Source: Antedon mediterranea
Taxonomy: Eukaryota; Animalia; Echinodermata
Assembly: GCF_964355755.1 (NCBI RefSeq)
Contig: NC_092672.1
Location: 1,736,001 to 1,800,000 of the forward strand
Reading direction: 5' to 3'
DNA length: 64,000 nucleotides
Positions 49,120 to 62,000 of this stretch are shown here, one piece after another. Under the pieces are notes generated by a model that had not been told where the DNA came from, made no database searches, and saw only the letters and a program-made list of their open reading frames with translations. The position numbers and the translations under genes were made by a program. The number at the start of each line of letters is the position of its first letter. Positions within the stretch are counted from its first letter, which is position 1.

Positions 49120-50796
49120 TACTTTGGTTCTCTCAATTTTGTTTTCTATTTCTTTATTTTTTTGCTACAAAATCCAACATTTATAAATACTCGTAATACA
49201 TATTTATGAATAAAATTCCTTTTATTAAATTTGTGTTTTTCTGAGTAAACTACTTTTAGTTCCTTTGTTGGTGTTAGGACATTCAGTTCAAGGTACATTC
49301 ATACCTGCCCTGTTTAATTGAAAAAAGATTAAATTCTTCAAAGTAATGGCCCTGGTTATATCCTATCCTCTGGCTTTGCTTGTCCTTCAACAATATGGAA
49401 ATTATGCTTTAAGGTCAGTTTTTCACATATCGATATCCAATAGTGTAAATAATTGTACACATGTGTCATGATAATAACAAAAAGACAAAGAATAAACATT
49501 TAAAAGACTTCCCTCTAAATATTTAAATCGCGATACTCAAATATTTACATACAATCAACAAAACCTACAGACACTAAATCACATATAGTTTACCATAGAA
49601 ATATTTAATATTGAAAGTGTTTATTATTTACTGTACATATTAATTACTGAAACACATGGTGGTATTATCAAAAGTGAAAGGGTCCATAGAACTGATTAGA
49701 GGAAGTTTCAGGTTTCTTAACAATGGACACAGGTACCAGTGATTTACTTATCTTGAATGTGAAATTACACTCTTTCTTGTGTAAATAAATGCATATTTAT
49801 TATAACCATTAATAAGGTTACTGGTTGTGATGTCACTGAGTACTTCCTATGTAAATCATTCATACACCCTCAAATGGTATTTCCTCCTCAGTCTCCCATA
49901 TTATTTCTGATGGTACCTGCCCACATATTTAGAGCATGTTTGGTTGGGAGTTACCACCATTCATAGCTGATTCAGTGTGTGTTGTCATGCATGCCATTGT
50001 TGATCAGTATACTCTTTGTTGATCCCAAGGTTATTCACTAGCTGTTTCATTTGTGATGTCATCATTGTCCTGTTTTCTAGTTGAGGTCATTCAGAAGGCA
50101 AATATATTATAGATGTTTACAAAACTGTAATTAAAGTAATTTTAATCAATCTTTGTAGTGACTGTCTATGTGGTTGATACAGTATTATTTAACCATGGAT
50201 GCAATAAGCATAACAAACGTCATAGGTTTTTCTCAAAGGATTTATCAGGTGATAACGTGGTGTTTCCTGTCCTCGTTTTAATCCACCGTCATTTATTTGT
50301 TGTATTCTTAAGGCATAGTAGGAACAGGACATTTAGTTGAGTTATAATACTGATAAAAGATTATTCAAAACTTAACCAATCATGGTACTAACAGGATCTT
50401 TAACAGGAATGAAGATATTAAACATATTGTCAAGGTTTAGCGTTGATAAGAGTGGTATTGTTAGTGTAGATATTACAGATTTGAGGCTTCCTTTATTCCA
50501 ATAAATCAATTTGGTATTATAATTCAGGTGACCCACTTTCAAATGACGTACAGACTGTAGAGTGAATAATTATACATTTTTCTATAGTTAACCCATAAAG
50601 AATGTTTCATTTGTCTAAATAATGTGTGTTTTATCCCAACAGGTTCAATTTGAAACAAACTGCAAACTATTTTTACACAGTTTTGGATACTATCGTCACC
50701 ATAGGTAATTCGGTTGCGAAAATAATTTCTCCGTCTGGGAAGCAGCGCCGTGTTTGTCTGACTACGGCGAGGAACTGTATGAGTCGTTCGATGGTC

Positions 50797-53281
50797 ATGG
50801 GGCAAAAAGTATCTGGCGGTATGAAGCAGATTGCCCGCGAATCTAACTACAACGCACACCGCGAATTGGTTTACAGCGGAGATTTTCAAAGACCGAATAG
50901 ACTAGACACGTTGCTTGACATGCCTCCGATCGACCCAGATTTACAATTGAAATTCACGTGGAACGAGCAGGACCGTTCGTTGAATATATTTGTAAAAGAC
51001 GATGATCCTTTCACATTCCATAGACACCCCGTTGCACAAAGCACAGACTGTATACGTGGAAAAGTTGGTTTTTCACGTGGACTACATGTTTTTGAGGTAA
51101 ATTGGAATACGAGGCAGCGTGGTACACACGCTGTTATCGGTGTCGGAACTGAAGCGGCGCCATTACACTGTGTAGGTTACCAATCTCTTGTAGGATCAAC
51201 AACAGACTCTTGGGGATGGGATCTAGGTAGAAGTAAATTATTTCACGATGCAAAAAATCAAGCCGGAATGCCGTATCCAATTCTTCCACACGAAGACAAT
51301 CTCCAAGTTCCTGATGACTTCCAAATGGTGCTAGATATGGACGAGGGTACATTAAGTTTTATCGTTAATGGACAGTTTATGGGAATTGCATTTAGAGGAT
51401 TGAAAGGAAGAAAACTTTATCCAATGGTCAGTGCCGTGTGGGGACACTGTGAAATTACACTTAAATACATTGGGGGACTAGAACGTAAGTCACTTTACTT
51501 TATATTTGGGTAGGGTTTAATTGCTAGAAAGTTTCGAATTTAATTATATGAAATTTCTACAGTAAACCAAAACGCCTTAGATGAAAGATTATAGACAAAA
51601 CAGGTCGATGGCCATTTGGTCCTTGGCTGTCCTGGTGTGTAGGCCCATGTTTGTGTTATGGACAAGCCTGTTTGTTTAAAGTAAACAAATTAACCCGATA
51701 CTGCAAATATTGTTAAAATAGTTGTTGATAACCAGTCCGCCCTGTACAATACACTGTATACTAACAATGAGCACATGTAAACATGCTGGGTAGATTGAAA
51801 ATGGTCATACTTTGCAAAACAAAGGCTTCAAAACAAACTGCAAAATAACATACAGGTTGGGTACTTTCAGGCTTGAAATTATTTACCTGGATATGATGGG
51901 TCTTACAGTACAGTACCCTCAAAAGTTAGTGATCTATGCCTCAAGCAACTTACCTGGGTATATACAGTAAATATAAGCCATTGTTGCTGATAATACTACT
52001 GTACACTGTATTAAACTACTGTTTACATATACTACCTCCCATAACTACTGTATTGTTAGGCTCTGTCTACACTATCAAACTTTACAGTACAGTATGTATA
52101 TAACCAAAAAATGTGATGTGCCCATATGATGTCATATTAATACCATATTTGGGTATATCACTATCAATTTAGACACATTACACTTTTTTTTGTCAAACTA
52201 GCTTTAAAATTCAGTTAAATCTTTTCTCTCAATGTTATTGTAAAAGACCATGTACTGTACTGTACTCTTGTGTGTGACGTGCGTCACCTATTTGAACTTC
52301 ATCCAATCTTAAACACAATCATGATAAACATCCGTAGCAAGATAAAAGTGTGAATCAAGCCAAGAAAATTAAGCAAAATATTCAATGTTATTGCTGTACA
52401 TTGTTGGCAAGTGTGCGGATGATCAGCGAATGTCTAACATTAGCAAAAGACAAAATGTCCTTCCCATGCTCCTCTGATTACATTACAGTACAATTTTGAA
52501 ACTTTCCTACAGTATTACTGCATTTGTAATGAACATACAGTAGAAAAAATAAAAAACCAGACATAAGCATGAACTTTAATTGACTACGATGTTAAAAATA
52601 ACTCTCCTAATAATTTTTGTTTTAATATTCTGATGTACAGTAATTGTACTACAACAAATTAATAAATTTCTAAATTAATAAATTTCTAATTTTTTTTATT
52701 ACCAAAATCAAACATACTGTACATACAAGCCTTCCTTTTAAGAATTGGATTTTGCTTTAAAAAATCACCAAATTTTGTAAAAGATCATAAACAATGGATA
52801 TAAGGATATTGTGTTTGAGCAGAATCATGTGCAACACAAGGTCGGCCATGTTTTAAACCACATCTATCCTATTAAAAGGTCATTGTTATTGTTCTCAGAA
52901 GTTGCGAGTCCTTCACTAGAAGGATAAGTATTCTTATTATAAAGCATAATTGTTTGATTAACACAGGCTGTTTTCGCTTTTAGTCAAACATTAAAAGTGT
53001 TTCTGTTTTTTAACACAAGTTAAATAAAGCATGAATAATAATAATTAACCCAAATTCAGTATGATTCAGAAATGAACACGTTTAATTCATGTGTTTCGAA
53101 TTTGATAAATGTATGATTTAAAATTAACCATATTTATTATTTTTTTATTGCAGCGTCACCACTTCCATTGCAAGAACTATGTCGCAGAGCAATACGTGTG
53201 TCATTAGGAAAAGAAAATCTTGAAAACGTTTACGAACTACCGCTGCCAATGATGGTGAAACGTTATTTACTTTTCCAATGA
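50797..53281 (+). CDS. SPSB1: SPRY-domain SOCS-box protein (SPSB1/4, gustavus ortholog), exons 50797-51484 and 53154-53281, 271 aa
   Basis: [10 protein letters not shown] start; SPRY motifs [35 protein letters not shown] and [14 protein letters not shown]; the second exon encodes a SOCS box [13 protein letters not shown]...[11 protein letters not shown]. Confidence 0.95.
52059..52203 (+). mobile_element. MITE family A copy (truncated) in the SPSB intron
   Basis: GGCTCTGTCTACACTATCAAACTTT left TIR plus internal family motifs. Confidence 0.6.
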
Positions 53282-55655
53282 ACATTTCTAGGATATGAGA
53301 TTATTATGATATGCAGTAGTATACAGCTGAGAATAGGAAGAAATATGAAGTGGTATTATGTGCTCGGGAAACTGAGGGCCAGTGCGCAGCGCGAATTTCT
53401 AAAACCGATGCAGTACTAACTTTTTAATGACGCCGTAAGCGAGGGCGGTGTGGAACAGCAACTCAACGCAAGGATGTCATCTTTAGAAATTCACAAAGAC
53501 ACTTTAAACGAGGTTTGAATGGAACTGTGGGAAAAAGATCTTAGAGAAAAGCTGGACAGTAATATATGTGGAGCTGCACTACTGTAGCTGCAGTACTCTG
53601 CACTGTAGCTGCAGTACTATAGCTGTTAACAAGTTTGCAGGGTTTCAACATCAACCAATCTGTACCTTGAACTTTTACAGAATTCAACCAAGATTATTTT
53701 AGCCTTCATTTTCTACAGTTTTGTTCCATTTAAACCTTCGTTTTGTGCTTTCTTGAATCATCCCTTGCTACATTTATTTATTTGTCATTTAATAATTATT
53801 TATATAAGTATTCCAAAAGATGTTTTAAGTTCAAAACTGTCCATTTTGTGCCTACAACGTGTGTTACATTGTATGTTCATTTTTTTTATGGTCGACAATT
53901 CTGAAGCCAAACCATTCAAGTGCTCTCGGTGCTCCCTGTCAGAGTTTCAGCGATGGCTTTGCTACAGTTGTCACTAGGCCTAGAAATTTTAATTGCTTTT
54001 TACCAAATGTGATTAAGTTTTTAATCGTTGTGGCCTGTTACTGATGTATGCAACGTTTTGTTTCCTGATTTCTTGTTTTGTAAAGTTTGTCAGGAAATTT
54101 AAACCAGAAATCGATGTTAAATTTGTTAACATTGACTTAAAATGCTGCGTATTATGCTTTACTGTCTGTAACAGATTTATCCAATGATTCGTAAATTTTA
54201 ATTTCTGTATTAAGTATAAAATATATTAATATATAAATATGATGCTGTTCTTGTCTTAATAGACATTATTATTATTAACAAAATAACTGCAATTTTAACT
54301 TATTATTCTGCCTCACATAAATGCTGGAAAGGTTTAAGGTCTTAAAAGGTCAATCTTTTAACATTGACCTAGCTATTGTATTAATATTAAAAATATTAAA
54401 TGGATAAAATGATAAATTGCAAAAAAATCTTAATTTAAACTTGAAACAATGTTATCACCTTTTGATTCAGTTATTAGCATGGGATGTAGTATCTCTGCAC
54501 ATTATTATGTTAAAATCAATGTGTTTCAATTAATGTGCAGAAGAATGTTAATGATACATTAACCATGCTATTTGTGCAATAGGGGTCAGAGGTCAAAGCC
54601 AAATGAATAAATATATTTTTAGCATGATCAAGTACAGTAGCTGTATAGGGAAATTATTAAGAAAACAGAAACAGAGATTTTAAACCTTTTTAAAGAAATT
54701 ATGAACAAAAACCTGATAAATTATGAATAATCGTGTCTTATTAATTGAAACAGAAGTTTTCTGTAATTTTAAAGTATATGATGAGATTTAAGCAAACATT
54801 TCAATTCCTTCAAATTGTATTTTTATGGCAATGTTAAAATGAACACTACCATAAGATAATTCATAGTGTAGAGAAGCATTGTAAAGTGAAAAACCTGGTT
54901 TTATGTGGTGAAGGAATTTTATTGGTTTTTTTAATAGAATGAACAAACTCATGGTACCTTCTGTCGTCAGACTGTTTGTTTGTGATTTATTTTCTCAACT
55001 ACAATCCTATAAATGTTTGTGTACTGTTACGGGATTTTGTAGGACATTTTTAAATATTCAATAAACTTATTTAATACAAGATATAAAATGATGGTCTCTT
55101 TTAAAGTTTTTTTTTTAACTGACCAAGCTTCAAAGAATTTACATTTACACATGAACAATCCCCGTTCAAGCCACTGGGTTGTCTAAGGCCTCTGAAAAAG
55201 TGGTCGGGTTGAAACCTCTACCAAATGTACTGGTGGCTACGACCCTGCCAAGTCTGAATTCAGTCTAATAGCCGGGCAACATTACATTTTTCGTTTTTGA
55301 GTTGATGCAAACGGTCCTAAACCCAACACTACACCCATTTATCATGCTTTTTTATACAGCCTCCGTGTAAACATAGACCAGTGTTGGATGCAGAATTTGC
55401 ATATACAGTAGGCATACCAGCATACCATGTAGGAGAGCTAGAGATGGCTTGTTATTGAACAGTGTTGTTGAAACAGGTTGAACCGTTGTTGATTATTTTT
55501 TAAAGTATGCCAATACAATTGATAATTGTAAAAAATGAGAAGTTTATTCTTTGACTATGGTGAGTTAATACCCTGTTAAGTATGACCGAGTAATACCCTA
55601 TTCATTGACATGTCAAACAAACAGTGTTGGCACTGCATAGATTTCTCAACTATAA

Positions 55656-55785
55656 AGCTCTGTCTAAACTATCCAACTAGTTTGACAAAAAATGCGATGT
55701 GCCCAAATATGGTAGTGATATGACATCAATATATGGGTATATCACATTTTTTTGTCACATAAAGTTTGATAGTGTAGACAAGGCT
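55656..55785 (-). mobile_element. MITE family A copy
   Basis: AGCTCTGTCTAAACTATC...GATAGTGTAGACAAGGCT. Confidence 0.7.
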
Positions 55786-58350
55786 TTAAACCATTGTATT
55801 GATGGAAAATCTTATAATAACCGAAATTTGAAAAGGTTCAAAATGTAATAGTTATGTGGTCATGTGACCAAGAAGACTTCATTTTATCTTTTCGACCAAA
55901 CAATACAAAACAGCTGAGTTATCTACAACAATACTAGCATGTCCCGTCACTTCCTTCCTTCAATATGCTTCTTGCAGCATCATGGCCTCATGACTATTCA
56001 GCATTCCATTCTTTCCTGTGTTTTGTCCCCTTTGTCTAGCCATAGGAAGGCTAGACCTCTTGGCATTTCAGCTAGGATCTTTTCCAAGATTCTGGCTAAT
56101 GTGTTGCGAACTTAATTAATTTGTGTTTGTTGATATTGCCCTTTGGGAAAAGTCTGATGAACCTGCTGTACAAATGTGTATGCTACAAAGTTTCTTTTTG
56201 TTTTATCAGTTTAAACACTTTATGTTAATTCATTGAGGTCATCCAGAGACATCAGGATGTACTTCCTCTGTATTCCTAACACCGTTTCGGCAGATTCTAG
56301 GTCCAGACAAAGACTGACCAATATTCATAGGTTGTGGGTCGTGTCACACAACAATTTGAAATAATTTTATTTTATGTTATGTTGAACATTCTTTGAAGAA
56401 AACGAAACAAGAAAAGAAAATTATTAGGTTTTATCCGGGGATCTTCCCTGGTCCCACTGAGCAAAATATAAACTTATTTTTGTATGATTTAATTGTGTTC
56501 TTGGTTTCCTGCTTTCAGGTGGAAACATTATTGTAAAACCATGAACATTTGTTTTTTTTAGATAAAAAAAAATATGCACATAAGTTTACTGGTGTCTCTA
56601 ACACAGGAAATGCATATGTCAACTTCAGGCAACGATGGCCTGATGTTCTCAATCGAATACGGCTAACCAAGCATGAGTTTTCTGCTAAAGCCATATTGTC
56701 TAATGAATATTCATATTTTTCATTATTTTTGCATATTTTCACTTGTTGAACTGACCTATAATATCAAATTAATTGTTTATCAAACATTCGAGTTCAGAAT
56801 GCTGCTGTCATTTTGAACCAGACACCTCACCATGGGGTTGAGTTTGTGGCGGTCAGACTCCAGAAGAAACTGTAATCACCATTTCAAGGAGTGTTCATGA
56901 AGCTATGACAAAATAGAGGAAAATGGAACATCTAGTTTGACTTTTCCATTATTTCTTCAATGGCTTGAAATTTAAATTTGTGAATTTTTACTAAATTGCA
57001 AAAAAATCCTCATTGTAAGGAGGAGAAACCAATTCCAGTATTTTAAAAAGAGGAGGAGCACCATAGATAATCTCCAAAATGTGTTTTGAATTGTTGAAGT
57101 CATTTAAAAGATGATGTGTTTAAAAAACCAAAACCAAAAACATTCAGTTTTGATCGTACGATTAATCGGGAAACCACCTCACGACGTTATAAAATATAAC
57201 CCATAAACCCATACATATACATAAATCTAAAGGCAAATTATTGAAAAAAAAGGACAAAACCAGTGGCTGGATATCAATGGAGATACAAAATAAAATAAGC
57301 AAAAAGCTATATCATAACAATAAAGTAAAACAGCCAGAAAAATTAGATGGTACAATTTTAAGCAATGATGCTAATACGCAGAAATAATCAGTAGGTACGG
57401 TAATGTTTCTCTCTTATCAAAAGCAGTGGTGAAAAGTAGCGAAAAGAAGTTGATTATGGAATGTTTTCATAGCGAATAATCATCAGCAAAAGTTGTTTGT
57501 TTACCATGGAATAAAGTAAGAATTGAGAAAGTTTCTGCGACTAACCATCGTCTGGAGTTTTGTAAATTTAAAAATGATTCTTGCTATCGAGGAGAAAAAA
57601 TGTATGAGCTAAAAATAAGTCATTATTTACACTATTATAATTAATAAACTACTAATTAGTAAATGTTCAAGTGTTCTCTTTGGTTGTTTAGGAGATATAG
57701 AAAATGGAATTTCTTTTGAACGTTTCATGGTCAATGGTTCTGAATCAGGTCACGTTTAGACTTGATTGTTCTCATTGTTGTCTGAAAACATTCAAATTCT
57801 GCTAAGGATTTAGCTACGACAAAGAACAAGGATTTTTAGTAGAAAACTAAAATGGAGAATTTTATCAAGCTTTATTATACAAATTTATGGTTAAAAGTTT
57901 TTTTTTTTGTCATTTTCTCTTTTAAATTTATTTAGACACATTTCATATTTAAATAACCTTTATCTAAATAAAGTTTAATTGGTTGTTGAAATGCAAATTT
58001 GTTAAAAGTTTATGTTTTTGTACCTTAATAATTTATTTCAGAAATTGGACAATTTTGACAGCCAGACAGAGTAAACTGGACATTTTTTTGCCCAATACAT
58101 GGATGTGCGCAAGTTCCATTGACATCATGAATTTACTTGAAACTGCTCTTACAGAGGTTTATTAATTTATAGAGGAAATCTAATAACAACCGGGCACTAT
58201 GACAGGTTGTGCATTGCCGGCTGACTGAACCGATAAACATGAACAGAGCAAGGGCAATCGTCGTAGGCCTTTCACTTTCTGCAGCAAGAAACACATATTT
58301 TGTGCATCCCATAATAACATATCCTATTAGGTTAAAACCTATGTGAGTAC

Positions 58351-58798
58351 TGTCACGAACTCCTCTCACGTATGTTTCCGAGCGGTTGAAAATACTTTAG
58401 GAACTCCCTTGTGACATAAAAGTATACACACAAAATCCACAAAGTTGTAAAATAACTCAAAAACAAAGCTTTAATTTCAATCAACTTCAACTTTCAACAA
58501 TCCAGTAAGCACTTTAAACAACAGCTTCACAATGACTTTACAATATAACATCCAACCTCTAATCCAACAACCTTACAATAGTTTACATCCCTTTATATAC
58601 AAGATGCTCCTATCCTTCTAGATCATTCTTTATACTTCTCATTATTACATGATTACAGTTTCTATTAATAGCACTTCTGGAATGTTCTTGATTGTTCTTA
58701 TTAATTATACATGGTTTATTAAATCAAAACATCTTATTCTAGAATGTTCATGTAAATACTATGTTACTCTATATGTTAGGGAATGGTAATTTATTACA
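58351..58798 (-). repeat. 3' LTR (448 bp, TG...CA)
   Basis: Begins TGTCAC and ends ATTACA on the + strand; polypurine tract AAAGAGGGGGGAG (minus strand) abuts it at 58799-58811. Confidence 0.9.
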
Positions 58799-59027
58799 CT
58801 CCCCCCTCTTTCTGAGCTCAAAACTCATTCTTGGAGTTTTGAGGGGCAAGTATACACGGACGTGGCAAAATATAACATTTTCGACCTAGAAACCCTGTTT
58901 AATATATGAATATAAATTCAAACTACATTACGTGAAAACCAAATTCTCATTACAAACAAAATGTAAGAAACAAGTAACTTATAAACATTAAAACCTATTT
59001 TGTCTATTTTATAAAGTAACCCTTGCT

Positions 59028-62000
59028 TTAAGTTAATGGTTTTCGTGACAATCCGTCAGCATTACCATTAGAAATACCCCTTCTATGTACAACAGTAAAG
59101 CAATAAGGTTGTAAATCAAGACTCCATCTAGTTAGTCTTTTGTTTGTCTCTTTCATTTCAACCAACCATTTGAGTGGTTGATGGTCAGTAACTATCTTAA
59201 ATTTTCTGCCTAGTAGATAATATCGCAGACTTTCGACAGCCCATTTTATAGCTAAACACTCTTTCTCTATAGTTGCATAATTCTGTTCTCTTGGGAACAT
59301 CTTACGACTAAGATACAATACTGGATGGTCAGTACCATCAGGACCTAGTTGACTAAGTACTGCACCTAACCCTCGATCTGACGCATCTGTTTGCAGTATA
59401 AACTCTGCATTAAAATCTGGGTTTCGTAACACAGGGTCTGAACATAACGCCTGTTTTAACTTTACAAGTGCATCTTCGCACTCAGGCGTCCATTTGATTT
59501 TATCTGGATGTTTTTTCCCCGTCAGATCAGTTAGAGGTGCTGCAATGTCAGCATAATTAGGAATAAACTTTCGGTAGTATCCTGTCAGGCCAAGAAAAGA
59601 TTTAACATCCTTCTTAGTTTTAGGTTTTTCCCATTGTACTACCGCTTCTACCTTAGTCTTTTGAGGACGTATCATTCCCTCTCCAACTACATACCCTAAA
59701 TAATGCACTTTACTATGTGCGAAACTACATTTTGCAGGTTTGACTGTCAGATTAGCTTGCTTGAGGGTCTGAAAAATGTCCCTAAGATGATGGATATGAC
59801 TTTCCCAGTCTGGACTAAATATTACCAGATCATCCATATAAGCTGCTGCATAAGATTCTTTCTTGCGCAACAGTTGATCCATCATTCTTTGAAACGTTGC
59901 AGGAGCCCCATGCAAGCCAAATGGTAAATACTTAAATTGATACAAACCCATTGGTGTTGAAAAAGCTGTATATGGTTTTGACCGTTCAGTTAATGGAACC
60001 TGCCAGTAACCTTTACATAAATCTAACTTCGTTATAAATTTAGCAGGACCAACCCTGCCTATTATTTCATCTATTCGAGGCATTGGATATGCATCAAACT
60101 TGCTCAAGCTATTCACTTTTTTGTAATTTACGCAAAAGCGAGCTGTACCGTCCGGCTTTGGTACCATGATATAAGGAGAGGACCAGGGACTGTGAGACTC
60201 TTCTATTACCCCAAGTTCCAACATAGATTCTATCTCTTCTTTTACTTTGCCTAACTTAGCCTGAGGAATTGGATAAGCTCTTAATCTAACTGGGTGTACC
60301 CCTAGGTTCATTCCAATATCATGCTTTATTACAGTAGTTTTCCCTGGCTTGTCCTGTAACACTGAGTCAAATTCAGAAAACACCTCCGCTAAATCTGAAA
60401 GCTGAGATTCATCTAATCCTTCACCAGAATCTAAGGTTAAATTGGAACTAGAAATATTTGACCAAGAAATGTCCTTATCCTGACCCTCGTCTTGTCCAGT
60501 TACATCATTTATAGCCAGTATAACCTCAATAGTTCTACGATGAAATTGTTTTAAAAGATTTATGTGGTAGACTTTTGACTTTTTCCGTTTATCATTAGTT
60601 TCCACCTCATAGTTTACTGGACCTAGTTTCCTTAAAACCTTGTAAGGACCTTGCCATTTTGCCTCTAATGCATCGTTACTAGATGGTAAGAGTAATAGGA
60701 CTTCATCACCTGGACTAAATTCTCTACAAACAGATTTCTGATCATATTTTTGTTTTTGCCTTGTTTGGGATAGTTCAATGTTTTCCTGGACTAGATCTTT
60801 CATTGAAGTTAACCTATCTCTCATTTTAACAACGTGTGAAACCACACTTTGAGGACCTGTCACCGTGCCTGTCCACATTTCTTTCATTATATCAAGTGGA
60901 CCTCGTACCTTCCAACCATACAATAATTCAAATGGAGAGAACCCAGTTGACTCCTGCGGTACCTCCCTATACGCAAATAATAGGTACGGAAGCAATTTAT
61001 CCCATTCTCGGGGATCATCCTGAACAAATTTTCTAATCATAGCCTTGAGGGTGCCATTAAATCTTTCCACTAATCCATCGGTTTGTGGATGGTAGGGAGA
61101 AGTAGTCAAGCCCTTAATTGAAAGTAACTTATAAATTTGACTCAACAACTTAGAGGTAAAGTTAGAGCCTTGATCGGTTAAAATTTCTGTTGGTACCCCT
61201 ACCCTGGAAAATAATTTAATCAACTCATCCGCTATCTTTGGAGCTTCAATACTTCTCAGTGGGATAGCCTCCGGATATCGAGTTGCATAATCACATATAA
61301 CCAAGACATATTTATTTCCTGTCTTACTCCGTGCTAGTGGACCAACAATGTCCATAGCGATTCGGCGGAATGGTTCACTGATTATTGGCATAGGAATCAT
61401 CGGGGCCTTCAATTTAGTTTTATACTTTGAAGTTTTCTGACAATTTTCACAAGTGTTACAATATTCGGTCACATCCTTTCTAATACCAGGCCAAAAGAAT
61501 CTCTGCTTTATCCTATCTAATGTCTTTTTCCTACCTAAATGACCTGCCAAAGGAATATCATGTGAGACTTTCAATACACTATTACGGCAAGGGTATGGAA
61601 CTACTAATTGCTCTATTGGTTCTGTCTGGTGTTTAGTGAAAACCTGCCTAAATAAAATTCCATCCTTACAGACTATCTTTATAGTGTCATCATCCTTCTG
61701 TACTAACATCTGTTCTCGAAGTGAAATTAAAGTTCTATCCTTAACCTGATAATCCTTAATTTTATCTCTGCCAATATCTAAAATGTCTAATTCACTATCT
61801 TGGCTAGATTGAGCTTCCTTTGTTTTTGCAAACTCTTTCCTAACTTTTCGTTTCTCACTTCTGGTTTTATGAACTTTTTCCTTGGGAGGGTTGTTACTGA
61901 GTAGTTGGCCATCTAAATGTCCAAATTCTTCTTGAAAATTAACCACATCATCTAACTGATGTGAAATAACCCCAGAAGCTTTTTCCGACTTTAATTCGTT

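Noticed and set aside
50626-50796. N-terminal 57 aa of the SPSB ORF-track entry
   Set aside because: Non-ATG start spanning splice acceptors; family conservation begins at MGQK (an in-frame ATG at 50779 is possible).
56515-58340. Exon-like fragments (KYAHKFTGVSN..., NWTILTARQSK..., YRGNLITTGHYD)
   Set aside because: Multiple stops and frame changes with no confident family; at most a decayed gene or transposon remnant.
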